A model generated the notes under the pieces. It ran no database searches. It saw only the letters and a list, made by a program, of their open reading frames with translations, and had not been told where the DNA came from. Shown here piece after piece: positions 25,135 through 38,189 of a DNA stretch of 64,000 nt. The stretch is taken from positions 38,626,001 to 38,690,000 of the forward strand of contig OX597829.1 of the NCBI GenBank assembly GCA_951406725.2. The letters run 5' to 3'. Positions within the stretch are counted from its first letter, which is position 1, and each line of letters begins with the position of its first letter. The DNA is from Octopus vulgaris. Taxonomy: Eukaryota. The translations under genes were made by a program, and so were the position numbers.

Positions 25135-26019
25135 TGTACAAAATACTTGATATAACATTATTATTATATAACTTCGAAGTTTCAGGGGGTTTATTTTTCT
25201 TTTTTTTTCCTTTTTTTTTTGTGAAAAAATGTTTTCATTATGAAGATTCTAAATACTTTAGTAGTAGCAGCAGCAGTAGCAGTAGTACTAATAGAAATAG
25301 TAATACTAGTAATCAAACTATTTTTGTGTAGTTTCTTAACATAAGTATTTCCTTATTCCTTTAGTGTTTACCCCCCCCCCCCGTTTCTTTTCTCATCTCT
25401 CTCATTCTATCTTTGCTTCATCTTTTCTATGTCTTCGTCTTTTTTTCACTTAGGTTTCTTTTTCTTCTACTTAATTCATGTCATTTTCTTTTCATATCTA
25501 TATACATTATCTGTGTTATACTGTTTTTCTTTTTTTTTTTTTTCACATTTTCTTTTTTTTTTTTTTTTACCTTTGTCTATTCTTCTTCAGTTTTTAAGAA
25601 AGCTAACTTAACGATGATAGTGGTGATGATTGCAAGTACATGTGTGTGTGTGTGTGTGTGTATTTATATAAATGCAAAAGATGCATTGTGTATATTTGCT
25701 TATTTTTACATGATTGTGTGTGCATGCATGGGATGGTGTGAATACACGTGTCCATATGTGGTGATATGAGTACATATGATGGCATGGTAGTGTGTAGTTG
25801 TTTGTGCGTGTGGTGCATGGCTGTATGCATGCATGCAGTCTGAGGATGCCTGTGTATTTGTTCTATGTGTGTGTGTGTATGTATGTATATGATGGTATGT
25901 GATACTCTCTGTAAGTTGAGGTATATATATATATGCATGTTTGTGTATACACATAGACATATTTATACAGACATAGATACTCATTTACATTGAAGAATGT
26001 AGAGATAGATAGTGCTGGT

Positions 26020-26335
26020 GTAGACAGATAGCTAGATGGATAGGCAGATAGCTAGATGGATAGACAGATAGCTAGATGGATAGACAGATAGCTAGATGGA
26101 TAGACAGATAGCTAGATGGATAGACAGATAGCTAGATGGATAGACAGATAGCTAGATGGATAGACAGATAGATAGACAGATGGACAGGTAGATGAATAGA
26201 TAGATAAATGGATAGATAGATAAATGGATAGATAGATGGACAGATAGATAGATGGACAGATAGATAGATAGATAGAAAGATGGACAGATGAATAGATAGA
26301 TGGATGGATAGATGGACAGATAGATAGATAGATAG
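26020..26335. repeat. GATA-derived repeat with a 20 bp higher-order unit (GATAGCTAGATGGATAGACA)
   Basis: About 7 near-perfect 20-mers decaying into (GATA)n. Confidence 0.95.
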
Positions 26336-26375
26336 TGCTCCATCTGTGTGCATATATAATGCTCTCTCTATCTAT

Positions 26376-26409
<34 letters not shown>

Positions 26410-26822
26410 CTTTTGTACCTTGTCACAACACACCTGTTAACAAATCCTGTTCAATACAAATCTTTGATCCCATTCTACCTCTTCCTTACATTAACACTTT
26501 GAACTTGAGGAAAAATTTAACATATTTTAATTACATTTGCTGTTGATCTGTCTAGTTGTTTGTTTTCTTGTCTTTCTGCAGAAACCTGTGTGTGTGTGTG
26601 TGTGTGTATGTGTGTGTGCATACACATGTATGTGCTGGAATGTAAACTACGTATTTTTTTGGATGTAGCTAGCAATTCTTTGTTATTGTTTTTCATTACT
26701 TTTTGTAAAAATTCTGACATTAGTTTGCGTTTTTTTATCAACTAAAAGCAATTTGTTTCTTAATAATAAGTTCCTCCTTTATTTTTATGTCATCAACCTT
26801 AGACTTGGTTAAAAGAGAAAGA

Positions 26823-27235
26823 ATCATCATCATCATCGTTTAACATCCGTTTTCCATGCTAGCATGGGTTGAACGGTTCGACCGGGATCTGGGAAGCCAG
26901 GAAGCTGCACCAGGCTCCAGTCTGATCTGGCAATGTTTCTACAGCTGGATGCCCTTCCTAATGACAACCACTCCGTGAGTGTAGTGGGTGCCAGGGGAGG
27001 CTGGCAATGGCCACGATCGGTTGGTGCTTTTTACGTGCCACCAGCACAGAAGCCAGTCAAGGCAGTGCTGGCATCAACCACATACAGATGGTGCTTTTTA
27101 CGTGCCACCAGCACAGGTGCCAGGGTAGGCTGGCAATGGCCACGATCAGTTGGTGCTTTTTACGTGCCACTGGCATGGAAGCCAGTCAAGGCGGCGCTGG
27201 CATCAGCCATGTACAGATGGTGCTTTTTAGGTGCC
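26823..27235 (-). mobile_element. Repeat family C with internal ~63 bp tandem units
   Basis: C tail plus repeated GGTGCTTTTTACGTGCCAC units. Confidence 0.85.
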
Positions 27236-27309
27236 AATCATGTGAAATTGGTTGAATGATATTTTGGCACCAAGCGTGCCTTCCACAGGTTCAAAATATT
27301 ATTAGTATT

Positions 27310-28300
27310 ATTAAGAAGGCAGCAAGCTGGGCAAAATGTTTTGTGACATTTCACCCATCTTTACTTTCTGAGTTCAAATTCCGCCAAGGTTTTACCTTTC
27401 ATCCTTTTGAAGTCATTAAAATAAGTACCAGTTGAACACTGGGGCTGATTTAATTTACTAGTTCCCTCCCACCAAATTTCAGGCTTTGTGCCTAAAGCTG
27501 AAAAGATGATTATTATTAAGGTTGCAAGCCAACAATTGTTAGCACATTGAGAAAAATGGTAAGCAGCATTTCATCTATTTGAATTCAAATTCCACTGAGG
27601 TCAATGTAATTGAATTAGCCCCACCCCTGAAATTACTGGCCTTGTGCCAAAATTAGAAACCATTATTATTTATAGTGTGCATGAATGTTTTACACTGAGA
27701 ATCATGTCCTTAATACCAAATCACAACCAGTTTCCTTAGATATCAAGAATCTTATAGTCCTTGTTGGTCCCAATACAGCAGATTTCTGAATTAATATTTA
27801 TCTCATAGTTACACCAATCTCAATAAGGGTGTTTGTTAATTCTATTGGTGACTGTGACTAAGGTACCTATAACAACTAGGGTTACTTTTGTAGAAACCCT
27901 TGTGTTATTATTAAGACGGCCAGCTGGCAGAATCGTTACCACACCAGGCTAAATGCTTTGTGACATTTCGTCCGTCTTTACATTCTGAGTTCAAATTCCA
28001 CCAAGGTGACTTTGCCTTTCATCCTTTTGGGGTTGATAAATTAAGCACCAGCCAAGCACTGGGACAATGTGATTGACTATCCCCCTTTCCTCAAATTCCA
28101 GGCCTTGTGTCTATAGTAGAAAGGATTATTATTATCATTATTATTAAGGTGATGAGCTGACAGAACAGTTACACACTCAACAAAATGCATAGTAGCATTT
28201 CATTTGTCTCTATGATCTGAGTTCAAATTCTACTGAAGTCAACTTTGTCTTTCATTATTCTGGGTCTGTTAATATTACTGGGGGTTGATTGTATCAATTG
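27310..28300 (+). mobile_element. Two tandem pairs of SINE-B variant (27310-27670, 27910-28300)
   Basis: Same units as at 2212-2860, joined by (ATT)n. Confidence 0.7.
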
Positions 28301-28629
28301 CCTCAATCCCATAAACTATTATTATTAGTCACTTTAACCCTGAGCCTATCAAACCCTTGCTAGTGGATTTGGTTGATGGAAAATGAAAGATTACATGTAT
28401 ATATATATATATATATATATAACTATATATCTGTTTGTGTTTGTTCACCACCACTGCTTAAAGCCCCTACTGATCTGTTTATGCCCCCCATAAGGTAGCA
28501 GGTAGCAGGCTTAGGGGGAAGAAAAATGAATACTGGGATTGTTTTTTTTACTGAAAAAATATGGAAAACCCTTCAATGTATAGCTGCATTATGATTGAAA
28601 AACAAGTAAAAGATATATATATATATGTG

Positions 28630-29180
28630 TGTGTGGTAAGTAGCTTCCTAACCAACCACATGGTTCCTGGTTCAGTCCCACTGCGTGGCATCTTGGGCAA
28701 GTGTCTTCTGCTATAGCCCCGGGCCGACCAATGCCTTGTGAGTGGATTTGGTAGACGGAAACTGAAAGAAGCCTGTCGTATATATGTGTATATATATACA
28801 TGTATGTGTGTGTATGTCTTTGTGTGTCTGTGTTTGTCCCCCAGCATTGCTTGACAACCGATGCTGGTGTGTTTACGTCCCCGTTACTTAGCGGTTCGGC
28901 AAAAGAGACCAATAGAATAAGTACTGGGCTTACAAAGAATAAGTCCCGGGGTCGATTTGCTCGACTAAAAGGCGGTGCTCCAGCATGGCCGCAGTCAAAT
29001 GACTGAAACAAGTAAGAGTAATATATATATATATATATATAGCTTTAGGCACAGGCCCAACCACATGGTTCTGGGTTCAGTCATATCACGTGGCACCTTG
29101 GGTAAGTATCTTCTACTATAGCTTCATTCCGATCAAAGTCTTAGGAGTGAATTTGGTTGAGAGAAACTGAAAGAAGCCTG

Positions 29181-29219
<39 letters not shown>

Positions 29220-29416
29220 TATGTATGTATTTGTGTGTCTGTGTTTATCCTGCTGATTTTACTTGGCAACCAATGCTGGTGTATTTGGCCCCATAACTTA
29301 ACAGTTCAACAAAACAGACTGATAGAATGAGTACTAAGTTTTGGGGTCAATTTCTTTGACTAAAACCATTTAAGGCAATGCCCCTGTATGGCTACAGTCA
29401 AATGACAAATAAGTAA

Positions 29417-29420
<4 letters not shown>
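28630..29420 (+). mobile_element. Two adjacent SINE family A copies
   Basis: Young copy at 28630-29020 and diverged copy at 29045-29420. Confidence 0.85.
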
Positions 29421-29502
<82 letters not shown>

Positions 29503-29507
29503 TTCAT

Positions 29508-29567
29508 TTCAACAAAAACTGTCCAACGAACGGGAACGTGAAACTCAGAGTAACAGGTTTTGTTGAA
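29508..29567 (+). ncRNA. Type I hammerhead ribozyme with a core mutation, in a ~160 bp insert within (TA)n
   Basis: Stem I UUCAACAAAAACUGU/ACAGGUUUUGUUGAA; core CCAACGA; stem II ACG-GGAA-CGU; GAAAC-UCAGA-GUA^. Confidence 0.7.
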
Positions 29568-29658
29568 TTTCTGCTGCTTTGAAATAAAATATATTACTCT
29601 ACCACTGGTATTTGAGTACTCTTTTTTCCACCTTGTTTCACATTTATGTGTTTACTCC

Positions 29659-29711
<53 letters not shown>

Positions 29712-29714
<3 letters not shown>

Positions 29715-30063
29715 CATGACTGTGTTGTAATAAGCTTGCTTGCCAACTACATGATTCCAGGTTCAGTCCCATGTGTGGCACCTTGGTCAAGTGTCTTCCA
29801 CTTTAACCTCGAGTCAACCAAAGCCTTGTGAGTGGATATAGTAGATAGAAACTGAAAGAAGCCCATTGTATATGTATATATATATATATGTGTGTGTGTG
29901 TTTGTTTGTGCTTGTATTTGTCCTCCACCATTGATTGACAACTGGTGTGTTTACATCCTAGTAACTTAGTAATTTGACAAAAGATAAAATAAGTACCAAG
30001 CTTTAAAAAGAAAAACATAAGTACTGGTTTTGATTCAGTGTAATGACTGAAACAAGTAAAAGT
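29712..30063 (+). mobile_element. SINE family A, diverged
   Basis: Collinear match to other A copies. Confidence 0.8.
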
Positions 30064-30154
30064 AATGTATGTAGAAACACTGGACACCCGTTGGAATGAA
30101 TGGTAGTAGGTGTTGAAGCTATGATGATAGATATGTCCATCTAGATTTTAAAAA

Positions 30155-30733
30155 GTCACCATGATAGATCGTTAACCACTACACACATTTTTTTCTCTCC
30201 TTGTTTTTTCTATGTCCCTTTCTGTAGAAGAGCATAGGCTCGAAAAGTAAATGACTTTTTCTGTTCCTGAGCGTTATACTAATACATCTGTTTGTTTTGT
30301 ACACCGCCTGTCTTCGTCTTTTGTTTTTTTCATAAACTCTCCCTATATATAATACATTCAACATTCGATAACCACTACACATTTTTTTCTCTCCTTGTTT
30401 TTTCTGTGTCCCTTTCTGTAGAAGAGCATAGGCCCGAAACGTAAAAGACTTTTTCTGTTCCTGAGTGTTATACTAATACATCTGTTTGTTTTGTACACCG
30501 CCTGTCTTCGTCTTTTGTTTTTTTCATAAACTCTCCCTATATATAATACATTCAACATTCGATAACCACTACACATTTTTTTCTCTCCTTGTTTTTTCTG
30601 TGTCCCTTTCTGTAGAAGAGCATAGGCTCGAAACATAAAAGACTTTTTCTGTTCCTGAGTGTTATACTAATACATCTAATTGTTTTGTACACCACCTGTC
30701 TTCGTCTTTTGCTTTTTTCATAAACTCTTCCTA
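30155..30733 (+). repeat. Three tandem ~194 bp units, each with a minimal hammerhead-like motif (retrozyme / PLE pseudo-LTR-like)
   Basis: Consensus CUUU-CUGUAGAA-GAGC-AUAG-GCUC-GAAAC-GUA^AAAG at 30218, 30412 and 30606. Confidence 0.75.
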
Positions 30734-31389
30734 GATCTTAAAATGCTTTTATTGTGATATGTATGTAATTATCTGTGTATCTCTTTTTTTAGTTTGGTCT
30801 TGATTGTGTGTGTGTGTGGGGGGGGGTGTATGTGTACGCGCATACGAGGAAAAGAAAGGAGAGCGTGCGTGTGTGGCCATCCACCTTTAACACTGAAATA
30901 TCTTGTATCAGATCAGTATTTTGTGTTCATTATCACCACCACCACCACCACCATCACTACTGTTATCAAGTTGTCATCATCGCTACAACTACTACCAGCA
31001 CTATTATTATCATTATTTCCATCATTATCGTTCTTTACCATCACCAACACTATTGGCATCCAGCCCCACCTACACGACAACCATCCCTCCACACCCCACA
31101 CACCCTGCAATCTCATCTACAACTATGACAACATTTACCTTATCATCATCATCAGCTACAAGTGTATGAAAACTTGACACAACTTGATTTATTATTTTGT
31201 ATATTTTTTTTTTAGGTTTTTGTTCTTTTTTTTCCATGATGATACTCTGATTACATCTTATTGTCATTCCACCTTGAGGTATTATTGGTTGTGTATATTG
31301 ACACCTCTTCTGGAAGATTCTTGTAGTTGTAGACACCATTAATTTCAATGGTTTCAGTTGTAGAACTAGTTTGTGGTAGCAGATCTTCC

Positions 31390-32260
31390 TTGAATATATC
31401 TTTAAATGGTTGGCTGAGCTAGTATCATTGAAGAGTTTATCCAATGTCTTTTTTTGGATACTTTGGTAGAAGTCCCTTTTATATTTCTGATTTCTTTATG
31501 TAGGCAGTTGAACAGCTGAGAACCTCTGGATATAAAACTGGTAAAATAGGTGTTTTTGTTCATGATTTTGGTGTATTTGGAAGCTGAGAGTATCTGCCAG
31601 TTCATGCTTTAAAATTCTCTCTAACACTGAAGTTTGGAACATTCCCCTCCAGGATGATTTTCTGTATGTATATGGTACTATATCTCTCACTTCAGCACTC
31701 AAGAGTAGAGAAGCAAGGCTTTCTGATATTTCCAGTGATGAAGGTTTTTAACAAAAGTTAGTTTACTCTTTTACTTGTTTCAGTCATTTGACTGTGGCCA
31801 TGCTGGAGCACCGCCTTTAGTCGAGCAAATCGACCCCAGGACTTGTTCTTTGTAAGCCTAGTACTTATTCTATCGGTCTCTTTTTGCCGAACTGCTAAGT
31901 TACGGGGACGTAAACACACCAGCATCAGTTGTCAAGCGATGTTGGGGGACAAACACAGACACACATACATATATACAGCGGGCTTCTTTCAGTTTCCGTC
32001 TACCAAATCCACTCACAAAGCTTTGGTCGGCCCGAGGCTATAGTAGAAGACACTTGCCCAAGGTGCCACACAGTGGGACTGAACCCAGAACCATGTAGCT
32101 GGTAAGCAAGCTACTTACCACACAGCCACTCCTGCATCTATATACTGGTAAATGTTCTTTGTAAACCTTCCCTTCTATGAGTTTGGTGATGTGGCTGATG
32201 AAAGATACATCATTTGACATGATTATTCCTATGTCCTGTTTCCCATTAGTTCTCTGACTC
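31390..32260 (-). mobile_element. CR1-like LINE 3' fragment interrupted by SINE A
   Basis: Remnants QDIGIIMSNDVSFISHI and SFISRGSQLFNCLHKEIRN. Confidence 0.6.
31762..32136 (-). mobile_element. SINE family A, full length
   Basis: Collinear match to other A copies. Confidence 0.9.
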
Positions 32261-32920
32261 ATTGTTGGTGTCAAATAATAGTGTCTTCTATCATACCCTT
32301 GGACCAACCAAAGCCTTGTCTGAAATAAATATATGGAAAATAGATGCATTGTGTTCAAACACAAGGTAGGTTGGAAGCAGCTGGAATGACTTTGATGATA
32401 GATGTATGCTGTATCAACCTGATCTCTGGGTAATCAATAAAATACACACATACACGCACACACATGCACAGTTTATGTCTCCTAAATTCTTCTTTCACTA
32501 GATATAGGCTTGGTCATGTGATTAAAATGTCTGCTTCAGAACAATATCATTGAGGATTGGTTCCTGCTGCATGGACACTGTTGGCTGGTGCAGCATGTTG
32601 AGTGAAATCTGGTGCGTAGAAACTGAAGATGCCCTTCCTCATATGTGTGTGTGCGTGCGCCTATTGCGCTTGTTTCAATGTGCAAGTGTTGATTATAAAC
32701 AAAAGCTCACCATTCACTCAAATGGTGTCATTTGTTTATAATCCTCCATATGCTTGGAAATGGGTGAAGGTTGGTGACAGGAAGAGCATTTGCCTGTAGA
32801 AAAATCTGCTTTAACAACTGGTTATTAAAATTGCAGATAGCATGCATGAGTGTGAATAATACAAATATATATTAAAAGAAATGAACCAAATAGGCAGCCT
32901 CAAATTTAGTAAGTAAAAAC

Positions 32921-34500
32921 TAGGGGTTTTTTCAGCTTCCCAGAATTCATATTGCTCAGAAAATTCAGGTGTATAAAACAATTTCCATAGTTTGGGAATC
33001 AGCCCCAATTTATATTTTTCAATTCTTAAAATTCATCTAATGATTTAGTGTTTGTGATACTAAAAAGTAAAAATTAATAAATATTTGAAAAAGAAAATAT
33101 GTATATTTGTATAGAAAACTAATTAACTAAAAAGCTAAATATTTTCCTAATGATTAAAAATATTTCAATCAATTTGATATTTTATTTCATGAAGCAGGAG
33201 TTGTTGATAGTTTGTTGTCACTCAAATTTGATTAGGAGTTTATAACAAAGAAAAGGCTTTCTCTCTGCTTTGATTGAAATGGTCCCAAGGTTACACAATT
33301 GTTTATGCCAGGTGACACTTCTGTTTGCAGTAATTTGATATACATTCCTTAACGATATCCTTTTTTTTTTTTTTTTATTCACAACATGATTGAATGTTCT
33401 TTCGATTGTTGTTGTTTTTCTACAAATTTGTTAATGGCAACATTTAATATCTGTAGTATAGACATTTCCTTTGAGGGAAGTGGGTGCTTCAATTATCATA
33501 GGTTTGGAATCGGAATGATAAGTGGGGGTTCTTCTGGTAAAATTATGAGCATCCTTTTTTAACAATTTCTTTGTGATATTTAACCATAAAGTTTCTGGTG
33601 GCAAAATTAGATATGAGTCAAGTGTGGTCAAGATTAAAACAGGATTATTTAAATACTTCATTAATCCAATCAGATTCAGATTCTTTTGTTATTTGATTCT
33701 TTTTCATCAGCAAAACGGATACTGGACTGTTCTGTCACTTCAATTCTTTTAGAATAACAACAAATATGCTCTCTGTAGTGACAAACAATGCATCTCTTTG
33801 ACCTAGATTTTCAAGTTCACTATAATTGGTTCTAATGCTGGAACTGTATAAATAGTATTAAATTCTTTGTCTTAAAAGTCGATTGGATGCTTTTGTATCA
33901 ATTATAACTTTCACACTACAACCTCTAAGGGACACGAATATTCTACCACTGCAAATAAACTATTTCTGTTTTGCTTTAATGTTTGGCTAATTGAAATTCA
34001 TGACCATGATCTTCTTTAACATATTTCTGAAGTATTCCATTGGAATGAACTGACAATTATTCTAATTTTTTAATGAAATTGTTAATGCTTAAATTTTCTT
34101 TGGTAGTATAGTCTTCTTGTATAATGTGGGTTATTTCATTAAGCAAATCAACATAATTATTAAACATATTCACAACTGTAGAATCTATGCATTGATCATC
34201 CTGAAATGTACCTTTGAGCTCACCATCATCATTACAAAGATCATTAGTTCAATTAATTTTATTCAATTTTCTTGTAATGAGCAGCACAGCCAAAGGAAGT
34301 CTATGAGCATAACAAATTGATATTTGCAATTAATAATCTTACCAAGTTTAACCATAACAGTTACAACTGTAATTTTATTTATTTATTTACTTATCAAAAT
34401 TGAATTCAGAAATATTTGTTTTTTTAAAACTTAAATTTTTTTTTTTCAGTCAGTAAGCTTCTATAAATTTTAACCATTCCCTTACTCCAGAATTTATCAG
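32921..34500 (-). mobile_element. Fossil hAT DNA transposon
   Basis: Minus-strand remnants VMVKLGKIINCKYQ/CYAHRLPLAV (34285-34317), ILQKYVKEDHGHE...KT.NSL, ALEPII...GQRDA and SIKAER.FS...LSD dimerisation-like motif; TAGGG start at 32921. Confidence 0.7.
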
Positions 34501-34689
34501 ATTAGTGTACATTTACATTCAAATATCTACAACACAGAGATGTATATTCATCCAAAGAAATATTGAATTTTTTCCTTTCTATTAGTTATCACAGTATTTT
34601 TTTTCTTTTCAAACCTTGTTCACATTGAATCATCTTCGTTAAACGAGAACCTTCAAATCTTTATCTGAAATAAACTTTACTATAAACAA

Positions 34690-35185
34690 AGCACTATCCG
34701 ACTCGTGGCCGATGCCAGCGCCGCCTCCACTGGCTTCCGTGCTGGTGGCACGTAAAATACACCAATCCGACCGTACGACAGGTACCCATGCCAACCCCCT
34801 TTGCTTGCGAAGACATGTTGGGGCAAGCGAAATCGAAATCGAATTGAACCAGCCAGGATCCCTGGTCTGGTGGTACGTAAAAAGCACTATCCGACTCGTG
34901 GCCGATGCCAGCGCCGCCTCGACTGGCTTCCATGCCGGTGGCACATAAAATACACCAATCCGACCGTGGCCGTTGCCAGCCTCGCCTGGCACCTGTGCAG
35001 GTGGCATGTAAAAAGCACCCACTACACTCACGGAGTAGTTGGCATTAGGAAGGGCATCCAGCTGTAGAAACATTGCCAGATAAGTTTGGAGCCTGGTGCA
35101 GCCTTCTGGCTTCCCAGATCCCCGGTCGAACCGTCCAACCCATGCTAGCATGGAGAACGGACGTTAAACGATGATGATGATGATG
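34690..35185 (+). mobile_element. Repeat family C with internal tandem units
   Basis: CpG-rich young copy ending GGACGTTAAACGATGATGATG. Confidence 0.85.
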
Positions 35186-35423
35186 TTTATATTGCATTTG
35201 TAAACAATCCAACATATATGGTTATTTTCTTCTATAATTTGTCTTTTTTCTTTTCTATAAAGAGACTTATTTTCTGTTGGTTGATTCTGTTTGAAGGTGA
35301 ATCTTTTATTTCAGTTGTACAGGTACAACATCAATTTTCTGGAACCTTCGGTTTCAAAGGCTTTCAGGATTACTCATTTTCCCAAACCAGGGGTGGTCAC
35401 CTAAATTAAACAAATAATAATTT

Positions 35424-35454
35424 AGTTCTATATTTAAGAGATAAGGCAGTGACC

Positions 35455-35487
<33 letters not shown>

Positions 35488-35630
35488 TCGAAAAGTACCT
35501 TAGGAATGAGAACCCAGTTTCGAAATTTCCCTAAGACACCTAATGAAGGCTGGAAGATATATCAGCCGAAATGTTGTGTTAACAACAAACAAAATGAGGA
35601 CAAATATCCATCAAATGTGAATAATATAAA
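35424..35630 (+). mobile_element. 5'-truncated copy of the tRNA-head/hammerhead element with an inverted 3'-end fragment
   Basis: Starts with inverted AGTTCTATATTTAAGAGAT, then (AAT)n, then ACAC-CUAAUGAA-GGCUG..CAGCC-GAAAU-GUU-GUGU (35536-35579). Confidence 0.75.
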
Positions 35631-35841
35631 TATTAATTTACTTAAATAATTAAATGAAATACAAGGTCCCTGTACATTAATATAGATGATACAAGTATAT
35701 TAATACTATACCATGGAAGGTAAAAACAGGGCTACCCAGTAAACTAGTCTGGCAGTTGTGAGAATTTGAAGTTTCTCCTTGTAAATTAGAGAGAGATACA
35801 GACAGACAGACAGAGACAGTTCATTTATGTTGTAAGGCTAT

Positions 35842-36160
35842 GAAGGCATGTGGCTTAGTGGTTAGGATAATTTGGCTCATGATCATAAGGTAATGAGTTC
35901 GATTTCTGGCAGTGCATTGTGTTCTTGAGCAAGACACTTTACTTCACATTGTTCCAGTCCACTCTGCTGGCAAAAATGAGCAGTACCTACAGTTCAAATG
36001 AGCCGATCTTGACATGTTCTGTGTCACACTGAATCTCCGAGAACCACATTGAGGGCATCAGTATCTGTGGTGTACTCAGCCACCTGCTCATTAATTTCCT
36101 CATGCTGGCTGTTCCATTGATTGGATCAACTGGAACCCTTATGATCATAACCAATAAAAT
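35842..36160 (+). mobile_element. tRNA-derived SINE (family D)
   Basis: A-box TGGCTTAGTGG, B-box GAGTTCGATTTC, then CTTGAGCAAGACACTTTACTTCAC core-like segment. Confidence 0.7.
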
Positions 36161-36389
36161 GCCATTAATTTTTTTTTTTTCTTCTTAAGTGTGAGGCTCA
36201 ATATGTCACCCAGTTTAATACTACCACCTAGAATTTGGGTGTCCATTCTGCTGTAAGCATTTAGGTCAAGATTCTAGTCTGAAGATAACTTCCTTCCTTG
36301 TCCTCTTTACCAAATCCTATAAAGAGGAAAATAAATGATAAAAGAATATAGTGTCTCAATGAGGAGCTCTTTGTGTTGTCACATGATCT

Positions 36390-36760
36390 GCAATAAATAG
36401 CACCCAGTTTTCTCTTAAAGGTTCTGTAAAGGGTCATGAGTATGTCTTGCTTTTCCTCCTCCAACTAATCTTTGAAAATAAAGAACATAACAACCCAATG
36501 AGGGGACCCTTTATGAGACCACTTGACCTCCAAGAAATAGCAGTCAGATTTCCTTTAAAGGATGTTCTGTAAAGGGTCAGTCATGGCCATAGCTCTTCTT
36601 CCAATTAATCTAAAAATAAAATTTTAAAGCAGCACCCCAAATAGAGGCCATCAATAAAGTTACTCATCCTACAAGAAATAGCAGCCAAATCTCCCTAAAC
36701 TGAAGTTCTATTACGAAAGGGTCATAAGAGCCTCTCTTCTGATTAGTCTGTAAAAAAGAA
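36390..36760. repeat. Degenerate tandem repeat, ~145 bp units
   Basis: Recurring AAATAGCA...GTTCTGTAAAGGGTCA...CCAA.TAATC...AAAATAAA. Confidence 0.55.
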
Positions 36761-36770
36761 GACATATGCA

Positions 36771-36809
<39 letters not shown>

Positions 36810-36810
36810 T

Positions 36811-36844
<34 letters not shown>

Positions 36845-37108
36845 TCTCCCTCTCTCATACAAATGTGATGGGTGGGAGAAGCAACTTAGCCACTTCAAGT
36901 CAGTTCTAGAAGTGGGAATGTAGAAGTTTCTTAAAAAAAAAGAAAAAAAATCCGCTTCCTCCTTTTTTTTTGTTTGTTTTTATTACTTTTGTGTTTTTGA
37001 TTTATAATGTAGCAAAGGGATGAAAATCTAAACAAACAGAAATGTTTACTAAGAGCAATGAATGTAAAAGATTTTTTTCTCTCAAATAATATGTATGTAT
37101 GTGATTAT

Positions 37109-37143
<35 letters not shown>

Positions 37144-37199
37144 TGTATGTATGTGTTTATATATACAAACATATGTATATATGCGTGCATGTATTTGCA

Positions 37200-37258
<59 letters not shown>

Positions 37259-38189
37259 AATGTGTGTATGTATATATATATATATATATTGTAAAATAGA
37301 AACTACAGCCTCTGAGAGTTGATATATATTTAAACTGTTCAGGAAAGAAAAGAAAAAAAGTAACCAAAACTTTAGCTTCTGTAAAAGCTATTTTCAGTTT
37401 GCTATAAATAGTTAAAGTACTAAAGCCTCTACACACACACACACACTCCCACACTCACATGCTCTTTATCTCTGTCTCTGAAATTGTCTCTATTTCTGTG
37501 TTACATGTTTCTCTCTCTCTCTCTTTCTGTCATCCCCTTCCTATTCTCTCTCTCTCTCTCTGCCTATGTCTTGTTTTGTTTTTTCTTATTCTTTTTGATT
37601 CTCACTCTTACATCCTCCCCCACTGCCAATCCATGTTCTTGCTCTATCCTCATTCTCTCATTCTCGTTTCTATTTTATCCTTAATTCTCCCCTGTCAGTT
37701 CATTGAGGTTTTCCTGGCTATTAAACTCACATTTAAGAGCAATGAATGGCCAGGTCAATAATCACACATAATAAACAGCTATCACATATCTTGTCAGTAG
37801 CAGAGTATTGTGTCTGTCACAAGGATTACTTCACTCCCATTTAGCTCAGTCCACTTACTTGTAATTAGGCACCACAGGATAGGAACAGCTTACCATAGCA
37901 AACAGTAATGACTAGTCCACATTACTACATAAGGAACAGAGCTGATTTTCGAGCCACTCTGGTGTGTATACTCCTCCCTGGATGTGATGCCTGTCCATCG
38001 CAGTTATTACTCATTGTTTTGCTATGTGAAGTGTTTTGCTCAAGAACACAACACATCGCCAGTTCTAGGAATTATGATGAGTCAAACATCCTAACCACTA
38101 AACCATGCACCTCCACAAACAAATGCAATAATAGTATAATTACAATTCTGGGTTCAAATCCTGTTGGGAAGGAATGGGCTTTATGATTA

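Noticed and set aside
30155-30733. CRISPR-like interpretation of this and other regular repeats
   Set aside because: Units repeat in full without unique spacers; eukaryotic context, no cas genes
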